Made by a program: the position numbers and the translations under genes. The notes under the pieces were generated by a model that saw only the letters and a list, made by a program, of their open reading frames with translations, ran no database searches and had not been told where the DNA came from. Positions 50,718-63,369 of a DNA stretch of 64,000 bases are shown one piece after another (position 1 is the first letter of the stretch; each line of letters starts with the position of its first letter). The stretch is from Heterodontus francisci. Lineage: Eukaryota. The stretch spans positions 9,362,001-9,426,000 of the forward strand of contig NC_090404.1 of NCBI RefSeq assembly GCF_036365525.1. Reading direction: 5' to 3'.

Positions 50718-51310
50718 ATCCAGACAAAGAGGACATGTGTCCTCCTTATAGAGAAACCAGACAAAGAGGACGTGTGTCCTCCTTATAGAGAAACCAGGCA
50801 AAGAGGACGTGTGTCCTCCTTATCGAGAAACCAGGCAAAGAGGACGTGTGTCCTCCTTATAGAGAAACCAGGCAAAGAGGACGTGTGTCCTCCTTATAGA
50901 GAAACCAGACTAAAAGGACACGTGTCCTCCTTATAGAGAAAAAGACTAAAAGGACGCGTGTCCTCCTTATAGAGAAAAAGACTAAAAGGACGTGTGTCCT
51001 CCTTATAGAGAAACCAGACTAAAAGGACACGTGTCCTCCTTATAGAGAAAAAGACTAAAAGGACACGTGTCCTCCTTATAGAGAAACCAGACTAAAAGGA
51101 CACGTGTCCTCCTTATAGAGAAAAAGACTAAAAGGACACGTGTCCTCCTTATAGAGAAACCAGACAAAGAGGACGTATGTCCTCCTTATAGAGAAACCAG
51201 GCAAAGAGGATGTGTGTCCTCCTTACACAGAAACTGAACAAAGAGAACGTGCGTCCTCCTTTTGGAGAAACTAGACAAAGGGGACATGTTTCCTCCTTGG
51301 AGAGAAATCT
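50718..51310. repeat. 37-bp tandem repeat containing the palindrome AGGACACGTGTCCT
   Basis: About 16 copies of agagaaaccagac(t/a)aaaggacacgtgtcctccttat variants. Confidence 0.92.
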
Positions 51311-52178
51311 AGACATGTTAAAATACTAGTTATTACAATCAATGTTGCAGCTGCTGAAAGGCTGACCGTACTGAGGTTTGTGGAGATGGAGCTGGCAGAC
51401 GTGTTGCACTGAAGTGTGATATCTCACCCCTGAAGAGTCTCTTACTGTCATATTGTAATTCCCTTTTTCTGTTGCCTGGTGTCAGGAATAGAAATCAAAG
51501 GGAGATGATGTCCCACTCTATTCATCAACTATCTGACACATTTCCAAGCATTTCCTTCCTGATTTTACAAAGATCCCGACTCCATTAGTTAACAATGGAT
51601 TGTCAGTCTGCCAAAGTTTAGTGAGGTTTGAAAGGATTCACTGTGAAGCTACACTTACCCATCTGTCTTTGGGCCTGTGTTTGGATTGTGTTGGACAAGA
51701 GTCAAATATCTCACCTACATCCGGTACGTTGTGTGACGTATTAAGACTGGACTTGGAAAATGTTGAGTTTGAACCTGACAATTCTGGAATTGGGAACAGT
51801 CAATGATTTTTGTTTTTCACATAACTATCTAGTGATGAGATCAGTCAAAATAAATTTAAAGATGATGCTGCGATTTACTTAACGCAACTGAATAATTCTA
51901 CAAGGACGCTAGCGCAGTCTTCCTCAGTATTAACCACATCCCCCAATGTGGTTCACCTGCAAATTTTGAAATTGTATTTCTGATCTCAACTCCAAATAGT
52001 TTATGTAAATGGTGAACAACAGTGATCCCAATCCCTGTGGAACACCACTTCCCACCTTCCACCAGCCTGAGTAAATACCTTTAACCCCTACTCTGTTTTC
52101 TGGTTTGTAGCCAGCTTGCTCTCCATTCTGCTGCCTGGTCACTAAGGCCGATTGAATTTCCAGGTACATTACATACTG

Positions 52179-52510
52179 GGGCGGCACAGCGGCGCAGTGG
52201 TTAGCACCGCAGCCTCACAGCTCCAGCGACCCGGGTTCAATTCCGGGTACTGCCTGTGTGGAGTTTGCAAGTTCTCCCTGTGTCTGCGTGGGTTTCCTCC
52301 GGGTGCTCCGGTTTCCTCCCACATGCCAAAGACTTGCAGGTTGATAGGTAAATTGGCCATTAGAAATTGCCCCTAGTATAGGTAGGTGGTAGGGAAAATA
52401 TAGGGACAGGTGGGGATGTGGTAGGAATATGGGATTAGTATAAATGGTGGTTGATGGTTGGCACAGACTCGGTGGGCCGAAGGGCCTGTTTCAGTGCTGT
52501 ATCTCTAAAC
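52179..52510 (+). mobile_element. tRNA-derived V-SINE (HE1-like)
   Basis: A/B-box head, V-domain core (gtggagtttgcaagttctccctgtgtctgcgtgggtttcctccgggtgctccggtttcctcccaca) and CR1-type tail. Confidence 0.88.
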
Positions 52511-52669
52511 GTCTACTCTTTCTGTTCCTTCTTCAAAGGATTCAATAAGGTTGGTCAAGCATCACCTTCCCTTTTGAAATCCATGCTGGCTGCTCTTCAT
52601 TATATTTTCCGTTAGATGTTTTTCCTTTACATCTTTGAGTACAGACATCATCATTCCAACCACTAAAAT

Positions 52670-53310
52670 AGAAGCTAAATACTGCAGATGCTGGAAATCT
52701 GAAATAAAAACAAGAAATGCTGGAAATACTCAGCAGGTCTGGCAGCATCTGCGGAGAGAGAAGCAGAGTTAACGTTTCAGGTCAGTGACCCTTCTTCAGA
52801 ACTGGCAAATATTAGAAATGTAAAAGGTTATAAGCAAGTAAAGCGGGGATGGGGCAAGAGATAACAAAGGAGAAGGTGTAGCTAGGACAAGGTCACAGAA
52901 TAGCTGACCAGAAGGTCATGGAGCAAAGGCAAACAATATGTTAATGCTGTGTTGAAAGACAAAGCATTAGTGCAGATAGGGTGTTAACAGACTGAAAATT
53001 GAATAACCGCAAGTACAAATATGAAAATAAATAGTGGGTAAGCAAACTGAACAAACTAAGATGAAACAAAATAAAACAAAAAAATATATAAAAAAGAATA
53101 ACTAAAGATAAAAGTGGAATACACCTGTTCAGTTCGCAAGCATGACCCTGAGCTTCTGGTCACCAGTCATCTCTGTTCCAATCCCACTCTGCCCTCAGCC
53201 TCCTACACTGTTCTAATGAAGCTCAACAGAAGCTCGAGGAACAGCTCATTTTTCAATTTGGCACTTCAGTCTTCCAGACTCAACACCGAGTTGAAAATTT
53301 CACATAATTT
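52670..53310. mobile_element. Penelope-derived element with a hammerhead motif on the minus strand
   Basis: Minus strand agttCTGAAGAagggtcactgacctGAAACGTTaact at ~52767-52803; 3' GIY-YIG-like remnant near 53200-53300. Confidence 0.65.
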
Positions 53311-53459
53311 CTCTTACAATTCAGTGGGATGTAAACAGTAACCCCGGCACTTACCAGCATCTTAAAGAGTGAGAAAAAATTTGGCTGCAAATTGTGTCCT
53401 AATATCCTATTAAAGGTGTTTACCAAAGTCATTAGGCCCTTGAAGCCCCGCCCACTCGG

Positions 53460-53760
53460 TGTCACCAAGATGGCCGCGCATGCGCTCTACTCCCCGTCCA
53501 GCCAAGATGGCGGCTGCTAACCTCTTCTCGGGAGAAAGTCCCGGAGCTGCAAACGAAGACCTGGAGCTTTTTATTCGGAGCTTGCGGCCTACAACAGATG
53601 TTTCTGAAGTCTCCCCGCTCACCCGCCGGCTCCATTCCTCCCCTGCGTTCCGTCGACACTCATCTGCTGCAAGAGAGTCTCCACCACTCGCACAGCTCTG
53701 ATCAAAGTGACACTACGCATGCTCCAAATACAGTCCAGCACTGCGCCTGCGCACTGGGCT
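53460..53760 (-). promoter_or_regulatory. ZNF-type promoter module (2x YY1, NRF1)
   Basis: CAAGATGGCCGC (53466), GCGCATGCGC, CAAGATGGCGGC (53503), CTGCGCCTGCGCA (~53741); paralogous to 33800-34120. Confidence 0.55.
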
Positions 53761-53793
53761 CCTGCTGTCAATCCACTCCCCATCAACTATTGT

Positions 53794-56212
53794 CTTTTCT
53801 TTTGGGCCTCCTTATCTCGAGAGACAATGGATACGCGCCTGGAGGTGGTCAGTGGTTTGTGAAGCAGCGCCTGGAGTGGCTATAAAGGCCAATTCTGGAG
53901 TGACAGGCTCTTCCACAGGTGCTGCAGAGAAATTTGTTTGTTGGGGCTGTTGCACAGTTGGCTCTCCCCTTGCGCCTCTGTCTTTTTTCCTGCCAACTAC
54001 TAAGTCTCTTCGACTCGCCACAATTTAGCCCTGTCTTTATGGCTGCCCGCCAGCTCTGGCGAATGCTGGCAACTGACTCCCACGACTTGTGATCAATGTC
54101 ACACGATTTCATGTCGCGTTTGCAGACGTCTTTATAACGGAGACATGGACGGCCGGTGGGTCTGATACCAGTGGCGAGCTCGCTGTACAATGTGTCTTTG
54201 GGGATCCTGCCATCTTCCATGCGGCTCACATGGCCAAGCCATCTCAAGCGCCGCTGACTCAGTAGTGTGTATAAGCTGGGGGTGTTGGCCGCTTCAAGGA
54301 CTTCTGTGTTGGAGATATAGTCCTGCCACCTGATGCCAAGTATTCTCCGAAGGCAGCGAAGATGGAATGAATTGAGACGTCGCTCTTGGCTGGCATACGT
54401 TGTCCAGGCCTCGCTGCCGTAGAGCAAGGTACTGAGGACACAGGCCTGATACACTCGGACTTTTGTGTTCCGTGTCAGTGCGCCATTTTCCCACACTCTC
54501 TTGGCCAGTCTGGACATAGCAGTGGAAGCCTTACCCATGCGCTTGTTGATTTCTGCATCTAGAGACAGGTTACTGGTGATAGTTGAGCCTAGGTAGGTGA
54601 ACTCTTGAACCACTTCCAGAGCGTGGTCGCCAATATTGATGGATGGAGCATTTCTGACATCCTGCCCCATGATGTTCGTTTTCTTGAGGCTGATGGTTAG
54701 GCCAAATTCATTGCAGGCAGACGCAAACCTGTCGATGAGACTCTGCAGGCATTCTTCAGTGTGAGATGTTAAAGCAGCATCGTCAGCAAAGAGGAGTTCT
54801 CTGATGAGGACTTTCCGTACTTTGGACTTCGCTCTTAGACGGGCAAGGTTGAACAACCTGCCCCCTGATCTTGTGTGGAGGAAAATTCCTTCTTCAGAGG
54901 ATTTGAACGCATGTGAAAGCAGCAGGGAGAAGAAAATCCCAAAAAGTGTGGGTGCGAGAACACAGCCCTGTTTCACACCACTCAGGATAGGAAAGGGCTC
55001 TGATGAGGAGCCACCATGTTGAATTGTGCCTTTCATATTGTCATGGAATGAGGTGATGATACTTAGTAGCTTTGGTGGACATCCGATCTTTTCTAGTAGT
55101 CTGAAGAGACCACGTCTGCTGACGAGGTCAAAGGCTTTGGTGAGATCAATGAAAGCAATGTAGAGGGGCATCTGTTGTTCACGGCATTTCTCCTGTATCT
55201 GACGAAGGGAGAACAGCATGTCAATAGTCGATCTCTCTGCACGAAAGCCACACTGTGCCTCAGGGTAGACGCGCTCGGCCAGCTTCTGGAGCCTGTTCAG
55301 AGCGACTCGAGCAAAGACTTTCCCCACTATGCTGAGCAGGGAGATTCCACGGTAGTTGTTGCAGTCACCGCGGTCACCTTTGTTTTTATAGAGGGTGATG
55401 ATGTTGGCATCGCGCATGTCCTGGGGTACTGCTCCCTCGTCCCAGCACAGGCATAGCAGTTCATGTAGTGCTGAGAGTATAGCAGGCTTGGCACTCTTGA
55501 TTATTTCAGGGGTAATGCTGTCCTTCCCAGGGGCTTTTCCACTGGCTAGGGAATCAATGGCATCACTGAGTTCCGATTTGGTTGGCTGTATGTCCAGCTC
55601 ATCCATGACTGGTAGAGGCTGGGCTGCATTGAGGGCAGTCTCAGTGACAGCATTCTCCCTGGAGTACAGTTCTAGGTAGTGCTCAACCCAGCGGTCCATC
55701 TGTTTGCGTTGGTCAGTGATTATGTCCCCCGATTTAGATTTGAGGGGGGTGATCTTCTTGATGGTTGGCCCAAGAGCTCTCTTCATGCCATCATACATTC
55801 CTCTGATGTTTCCGGTGTCTGAGGCCAGCTGAATATGACTGCATAGGTGTTGCCAGTAGTCGTTTGCGCAATGCCTAGCTGTTCTTTGTGCAGTACTTCT
55901 GGCTGCTTTAAGTGCTGCGGATGTTAAATCGCTGGGGGCTTTCTTGTAGTTCAAAAGTGCAATGCGCTTAGCGGCTATGACAGGTTCCAGCTCTTCATTA
56001 TGAGATTGAAACCAGTCTGCATTTCTCTTCGCACTTTTGCCGTAGGTGGTCAAAGCTGACTCATAGATGGCGTCTCTGATGTGGGCCCACCTGGTCTCAG
56101 CATCCCCTGTGGGAGTGTTTTGAAGGGCTGTTACAAGTGAATTTAGAAATTTTTGTAACAGCTGTGGGTGAGAAATTCTGCTCGTGTTGATGCGCGGGTG
56201 GCCCTTCTTCTG
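53794..56212 (-). mobile_element. Young 5'-truncated RTE (BovB-like) LINE
   Basis: TSD catcaactattgt (53781-53793 and 56213-56225); uninterrupted RT ORF; short ttttc/aaag-type tail. Confidence 0.95.
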
Positions 56213-56218
56213 CATCAA
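53849..56218 (-). CDS. RTE LINE reverse transcriptase (truncated, lacks the N-terminal endonuclease)
   Basis: NYRGISLLS, QCGFR, FIDLTKAFD, GVKQGCVLAP, LLFADDA, and C-terminal CSTCGRACHSRIGLYSH. Confidence 0.9.
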   Translation of the reverse strand: MMQKKGHPRINTSRISHPQLLQKFLNSLVTALQNTPTGDAETRWAHIRDAIYESALTTYGKSAKRNADWFQSHNEELEPVIAAKRIALLNYKKAPSDLTSAALKAARSTAQRTARHCANDYWQHLCSHIQLASDTGNIRGMYDGMKRALGPTIKKITPLKSKSGDIITDQRKQMDRWVEHYLELYSRENAVTETALNAAQPLPVMDELDIQPTKSELSDAIDSLASGKAPGKDSITPEIIKSAKPAILSALHELLCLCWDEGAVPQDMRDANIITLYKNKGDRGDCNNYRGISLLSIVGKVFARVALNRLQKLAERVYPEAQCGFRAERSTIDMLFSLRQIQEKCREQQMPLYIAFIDLTKAFDLVSRRGLFRLLEKIGCPPKLLSIITSFHDNMKGTIQHGGSSSEPFPILSGVKQGCVLAPTLFGIFFSLLLSHAFKSSEEGIFLHTRSGGRLFNLARLRAKSKVRKVLIRELLFADDAALTSHTEECLQSLIDRFASACNEFGLTISLKKTNIMGQDVRNAPSINIGDHALEVVQEFTYLGSTITSNLSLDAEINKRMGKASTAMSRLAKRVWENGALTRNTKVRVYQACVLSTLLYGSEAWTTYASQERRLNSFHLRCLRRILGIRWQDYISNTEVLEAANTPSLYTLLSQRRLRWLGHVSRMEDGRIPKDTLYSELATGIRPTGRPCLRYKDVCKRDMKSCDIDHKSWESVASIRQSWRAAIKTGLNCGESKRLSSWQEKRQRRKGRANCATAPTNKFLCSTCGRACHSRIGLYSHSRRCFTNH

Positions 56219-56869
56219 CTATTGTAAACTGCAGCTAAAATGAACTTGTGCAATAATACCGTGAGCCTTCTGTCCGGCACCTCAAACATCTTTTGACAAT
56301 CCATCTAGACAACATCCACTGCATTTCCTTTCTCACTACACCGTGCTATTGCCTCAAATAATCTCTGTTGTTTGTCCCGAATGAAACCATTTCGCGAACA
56401 AATGTTGAAATGTTTGCTTCAAATGCAAGGCTTCATCTGTTTTCAGACAGAAAAGGGCCATTTTTCTCCTGGAGTTTGAGTGAAATCAGGTTGAAAATGA
56501 TGCAGGGTTTCAGCCAAGGAGGGAGATCTGGGTTGAGCCCCGCTCACCCTGTGCTGAAAGCCCCACCCCTCATTTACTCTGATTCGTTGGAGGACCAAAC
56601 ACCCGCTCAGTCCTCCAGCCATGCCCCACTCTTCCCATTGGCTTGAAGCTGATGTCAATCATCCTGGCATTGTGTGGTAACCATGGGTAGGCTGATAACA
56701 AATTGTACTGAACATCAAAATATCCCAAGCCGCTTCACAGGAGCATTATAAAACAAAATATGAGACCGAGCCAGTTGACCAAAAGAATGGTCAAAGAGGT
56801 AGGTTTGAACATACGAACTAGGAGCAGGATCCCCTCGAGCCTGCTCAGGCATTCTCTAAGATCAGGGCT

Positions 56870-58752
56870 AATCTGTGGAAGGCTTTTGACAGGATATCAC
56901 ACACCTACACGATGGACGTGCTCTCCAAAATGGGGTTTGGGGAGGGAGTTTGCAATTTAATCAAACTGCTCCACACAAACATCAATAGCGCAGTCTCAAT
57001 CAAGTTTCCCGATCCAATCTGGAGTCAGACAGGGCTGACTTCTCTACCCTGTCTTGTTTGTTTGCTGTATCGAACCTTTTGCTGAGTCCATTAGGAAGGA
57101 TGCGAGCATAAGCGGGGTTACAATCCCAGCCAGTGGAGGCACTCAGGTAAAAACCTCCCTGTGCATGGACGGCATCGCCGTCTTCTGCTCTGATCCGCTG
57201 TCCGTTCGCAGACTGCTGAGCATCTGCGACCAGTTCGAACAGGCCTCAGGAGCCAAAGTCAACCACGGCAAGAGTGAGGCCATGTTCTTTGGGAACTGGG
57301 CCGACATATCCTTTGTCCCGTTCACCGTCAAGTCAGACTACTTGAAGGTGCTGGGGATATGGTTCGGAAGGGCCAGGGCGTGCACCAAAACCTGGAAGGA
57401 GAGAGTAGCCAAGGTAAAACACAAGCTGAGCGTGTGGGAGCAGCGATCTCTCTCCATTGTGGGTAAGAACCTGGTCATCAGGGGTGAGGCGCTCACGTTA
57501 TTGCTGTATGTGGCGCAAGTCTGGCCCATACCCCACTCCTGAGCCGTGGCAGTCACCCGAGCCATTTTCCGCTTTATCTGGAGATCCAAAATGGACCAAG
57601 TCCGGAGGGACACGATGTTCAAATCTGTGGATAAGGGCGGGAAAAATGTACCCAATGTGGCCCTCATTCTGATGACCACCTTCATCCGTGGCTGCATCAA
57701 GCTGTGCGTAGAGCCCCAGTTAGCAAACACCAAGTACCACTATGTGGAGAGGTTCTATCTGTCCCCGGTGTTGCGAAGGATGGGTCTGGTAAAATTGCCG
57801 CAGAACGCTCCATCCAGTTGGACCGTGCCGTACTACCTATCCTTCTTGGGAAAGTTTCTGCGGGAAAACACCTTTGACAACCAATCCATCAGGCAGTGGT
57901 CTGCACGGAATGTCCTCAAGGCCCTACGGGAAAAGGAGGTGGTGGATCCTGTCGGATGGTTCCCCGAGCAGACTGCCAAAGTCATTTCACAGAATGCCCC
58001 ATCAGCAGAACTTTCAAACAAGCACCAAGACATAGCTTGGCTGGTGGTGAGAAGGGCCTTCCCTGTCAGATCCTTCCTGCACGCCCAGAGTCTCGTCCCC
58101 TCCACACGCTGCCCTCGAGGTGGCTGTGGTGGGGAAGAGACAGTTGCCCACCTCCTTCTGGAATGTGTCTTTGCAAAGCAGGTGTGGAAAGAGATGCAGT
58201 GGTTTTTATCGAGATTCATCCCAAGAAGCTCTGTAACACAGGAGTCTGTGCTCTACGGGCTGCTCCCAGGGACGCACACTGAAATAAACATCAACTGCTG
58301 CTAGAGTACCATCAATTCAGCGAAAGACGCTGTTTGGTCTGCCCGAAACTCGCTGGTCTTCCAGCGCAAAGAGTTGTCCACGACCGAGTGTTGCAGACTG
58401 GCACATTCCAAGGTCCAGGACTACGTGCTGACGGATGCACTAAGCTTGGGGCAGCTGCTGCAAAGGCTCAATGGGGAAAGACCATTGTGGAAGGTCCTCC
58501 CACCAAAGTGAACTGGGGGACTGGACCCATGGGAAACACCTCAGGCTGTATATACCAAATATGGGTTTACTGTAAAACGTACATGGCATGTAAAATGGAA
58601 TGGAAGGGTTGTGAGGCAACTCACTCCTGTATCGAAGAAAACGGATTTCCTTTGCACCTTTTGGAATGTCAACTTGGTGCTGTTTTGAACGGTTTTGTAA
58701 TGCACTGTTTATACAGATGTTTATGAATAAAGTATATTTTTGGGGTAAAAAA
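56870..58752 (+). mobile_element. Tx1/L1-clade LINE 3' fragment
   Basis: Same family as 18541-20020; GVRQG and MDG RT motifs, CPRGGCGGEETVAHLLLEC, AATAAA plus A-tail. Confidence 0.88.
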
Positions 58753-58769
58753 ATCTGTTTGTGGACTCG

Positions 58770-61700
58770 ACTCCAATTTCCTGCCCACCTCCCGATATCC
58801 TTTGTTTCCCTTGTTTGTTAGGAATCTGTCTACCTCTGCCTTAAAAAGATTCAATGACCCTGCCTCCACCACTCTCCAGGAAAGAGATTTTCAGACTCAC
58901 AACCCTCAGAGAAAAATTTCTCCTCATCTGTCTTAAATGGGAGACCCGTTATTTTTAAACTGAGTCCCCTAGTTTTAGTCTCTCCCCAAGGGGAAACATC
59001 CTTTCAACACCCACCCTGTCAAGTCCCCTCAGGATCTTATATATTTCTATCAGATCACAGAATCATTACAGTGCAGGAGGCCATTCAGCCCATCATGTCT
59101 GCACCGGCAATCCGGAAACCAATTCCCTCAATTCCATTCCCCTGCCTTCTCCCCATAACCCTGCACATTCATTCTTTTCATAAATGTCTAATTTCCTTTT
59201 GAATGCGTCAATTGAACCTGTCTCCACCACGTTCTCAGGAAGCGCATTCCACACCTTAACCACTTGCTGCGTGAAAAAGTTTTTCTTCAGGTCACTTTTG
59301 CTTCTCCTAGGAAATACTTTAAATCTGTGCCCTCTCGCTCGCAATCCTTTCACAAGTGGGAACAGTTTCTCTCTATCTCCTCTGTCCAGACCCCTCGTGA
59401 TTTTGAATACCTCTATCAAATCACTTCTCAGCCTTCCCTTCTCCAAGGAGAACAGTCCTAACTTCTCCAATCTAAATTAAATTCCTCATCCCTGGAACCA
59501 TTCTCGTGAATCTTTTCTGTACTCTCTCCAATACTCTCGCGTCTTTCCTAAAGTGCGGTGCCCAGAACTGGACGCAATATTCCAGCTGAGGCCGAACTAG
59601 TGTCTTATACTTCCTTGCTTTTGTACTTTATGCCCCTATGTCTCTATTAATAAAGCCCAGGATACTGTATGCTTTATTAACTGCGCTCTCAACCTATCCT
59701 GTCACCTTCAATGACTTATGCACATATACACCTAGGTCCCTCTGCTCCTGCAACCCCTTTAGAATCGTAACCTTTATTCTATATTCTCTCCATGTTCTTC
59801 CTACCAACATGAATCACTTCACATTTCTCTGCATCGAACTTCATCTGCCACCTGTCTGCCCATTCCACCAACCTATCAATGTCCTTTAGAAGTTCTACAC
59901 TATCCTCCTCACAGTTCACAATGTTTCCAAGTTTCATATCATCTGCAAATTTTAAAATGGTGCCCTGTACACCAAGGTCTAGGTCATTAACATACATCAG
60001 GAAAAGCAAGGGTCCCAACACTGATCCTTGGGGAACTCCGCTACAAACCTTCCTCCAGCCCAAAAAACATTCATTAACCACTACTCTTTGTTTCCTGTCG
60101 CTCAGCCAATTTCGTATCCATGTTGCTACCATCCCTGTTATTCCATGAGCTACAAGTTTGCTCACAAGTCTGTTGTGTGGCACTGTATCAAATGCCTTTT
60201 GAAAGTCCATGTACACCACATCAACAGCATTGCCCTCATCAACCCTCTCTGTTACCTCCTCAAAAAACTCCAAGTTAGCTAAACATGATTTTCCCTTAAG
60301 AAATCCATGCTGGCTTTCCTTAATTAACTCGCATTTGTCCATGTGACTACTGATTTTTTCCCAAATTATTTTTTTCTAGAGGTTTTCCCACCACCGAAGT
60401 TAAACTGGCCAGCCTGTAATTGCTGAGCTTATCTTTACACCCTTTTTTGAATAAAGGTTTAATGTTTGCAATTCTCCAGTCCTCTGGCACCATCCCAGAG
60501 TCTAAAGAAGACGGAGAAATTACGGCCAGTGTCTCTGCAATTTCCACCCTTAATTCCCTCAGTATCCTTGGATGCATCTCATCTGGTCCTGGTGCTTTAT
60601 CCACTTGAAGTACAGACAGCCTATATAATACTTCCTCTTTATCAATTTTAAACCCCTCTAGCATTTGACTTACCTCCTCTTTCAACATTGTCTTGGTTGC
60701 ATCTTCTTCCTCGGTAAAGACGGATGCAAAATATTCATTTAATATCTCAGCTATGCGCTCTGCATCCATGTATAAATCCCCTTTTTGGTCTCTAATCGGC
60801 CCCACTCCTCCTTTTACCACCTTTTTACTATTTATATACCTGGAGATCGCCTCTCATCCTTCTAAACTCCAATGTATACAGACCCAATCTATCCAATCCA
60901 ACCTTTCCTCATAAGATAACTGTCTCATCCAGGAATCAGTCAAGTGAAATAAAAACAAGAAATGCTGGAACCACTCAGCAGGTCTGGCAGCATCTGTGAA
61001 AAGAGAAGCAGAGTTAACGTTTCGGGTCAGTGACCCTTCTTCGGAACTGCTTCTCTTTTCACAGATGCTGCCAGACCTGCTGAGTGGTTCCAGCATTTCT
61101 TGTTTTTATTTCAGATTTCCAGCATCCGCAGTATTTTGCTTTTATATCAGTCAAGTGAACCTTCTCTGAACTGCTTCCAATACAATTATATCATTTCTTA
61201 AATAAGATGACCAAAACTGGACACAATACTCTAGATGTGGTCTCATCAATGCCCTGTACAACTGTAACAAAACATCTCTACTTTTATATTTTATTCCCCT
61301 TGCAATAAATGACAACATTGCATTTGCCTTCTTAATCATTTACTGCACCTGCATACAAACATTTTGTTTTTCATGTACTAGGACAATCATATCCCTCTGC
61401 ATTTCAAAGTTCTGCAATCTCTCTCCGTTGATCCTATTCTATTCTATCCAGCCAAAGTGGACAAGTTCACACTTTTCCATATTATACTCCATCTGCCAAA
61501 TCTTTGCCCACTCACTTAACCTATCTATACCCCTTTGCATAATCCTTATGTCCTCTTCACAACATACTCTCCTACCTATCTTTGTGTTAGCAGCAATTTT
61601 AGCAACCATGCATTGGCCTTCATCCAAGCCATTGATATAGATTGTAAATAGTTGAGGCCCCAGCACTAATCCTGCAGCACTCCATTAGTTACAGCTTGAC

Positions 61701-63369
61701 AACCTGAAATAACCCATTTACGCATACTCTCTCTTTCCTCTATCCTCTATCCATGCTAATATGTTACCCCCCTTTAGAATGAGCTCTTATTTTGTTTAGC
61801 AACCTTTGATGTGGCACCTTGTCAAATGCCTTCTGGAAATCCAAGTACACCACATCCACAAGTTCCCCTTTATCCGTGTTCCCTGTTACTTCCTCAAAGA
61901 ACTCTAATAAATTAGCCAAACAATTTCCCTTTCACAAAACCATGTTGACTAGGCCTGTTGCATTGAGATATTCTAAATGACCTGCTATAATCTCCTTAAT
62001 AACAGAATCCAGCATTTTCCCTATGACAGATGTTAAGCTAACTGGCCTGTAGTTTCCTGCTTTCGGTCTTCCTCATTTCTTGAATGGCGGAGTTACATTC
62101 GCTATTTTCCAATCTGATGGTACCTTTCCAGAATCTAGGGAATTTTGGGAAATTAAAACCACTTCTTTGAAGACTCTAGGATGAAGTCCATCAGGACCTG
62201 GGGACTTGTCAGCTTTTCATTCTAGTAATTTTCTCCGTACCCTTTCCCTGGTGATGGTAATTGTTTTAAATTCCTCCCTCCCTTTCAACTCTTGATTAAC
62301 AATTATTTCTGGGATGTTATTTGCATCTTCTAAAGTGAAGAGAGATGCAAAAAAATCTGTTCAATTCCTCTGCCATTTCCTTATTTTCCATTATCAACTC
62401 CTCAGACTCACTCTCTAGAGGACCAAAACTCACTTTACTTACTCTTTTTCTTTTTAATTACCTGTAGAAACTCTTACGATCCATTTTTATATTCCTAGCT
62501 AGCTTTCTCTCATACTCTAATTTCTTTATTATTCTTTTAGTCATTCTTTGCTGTTTTTTTATATTCTCTCCAATCTTCTGACCTGCCAGTACTCTTCACT
62601 GAATTGTACACCTTTTCTTTCAATTTGGTACTATAATTAACTTCCTTAGTTAGCCACGGATGTTGCGACCTTACCCTGGAGTCTTTCTTTCTCACTGGAA
62701 TGTATCTTTGTTGAGTATTATGAAATATATCCTGAAATGTCTGCAACTGCATCTCTACAGACTAATTAATCTAATTTCCCAGTTTAATTTAGCCAGCTCT
62801 GTCTTCAAACCCTCATAATTACCCTTCTTTAAGTTTAAAATGCTAGTCTTAAGTCCACTCTTCTCACCTTTAAACCATATTGTGATCACTGCTACCTAGG
62901 GGCACCTTTACTCTGAAGTCATTCATTACTCCTGTCTTGTTACACATTACCACCTCCAGAGCAGGCTGACCGGCTCTAGAACATACTACTCTAAGAAACT
63001 GTCCCAAAAACACTCCATAAACTCATCTTCCAGACCAACTTTGCCAATCTGATTTGTCCAATCTATCTGTAGATTAAAATCATGATTATACGTTTCTCCC
63101 AAGCCCCCATTATTTCTTCCTGTAGACCCTTTCCTAGTGTGGTTACTTTTAGGGGGCCTATAAACTACTGCCACAAGTGACTTCCTACCTTTACTATTTC
63201 TTATCGCTACCCAAACTGATTCTACATCTTGATTTTTAGAACCAAGGTCACCTCTCTATTGTATTAATGTCATCCTTAATTAACAGAGCTGCCCCTCCAC
63301 CTTTCCCTAGTTTCCTGTCCTTCCAAAATGTCATGCACTCTTGAATATTCAGGTCCCAGCCTTTGTCAT
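58770..63369 (-). mobile_element. Nested CR1 LINE fragments
   Basis: Several CR1 ORF2 pieces (GVPQGSVLGPLLF, KFADD, KAPGPDEMHPRIL, YRPP endonuclease). Confidence 0.85.
60949..61145. mobile_element. Fold-back Penelope-derived insert
   Basis: 67-bp perfect inverted repeat (60945-61011 and 61047-61113) with TSD atcagtcaagtgaa (60935-60948 and 61146-61159). Confidence 0.85.
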
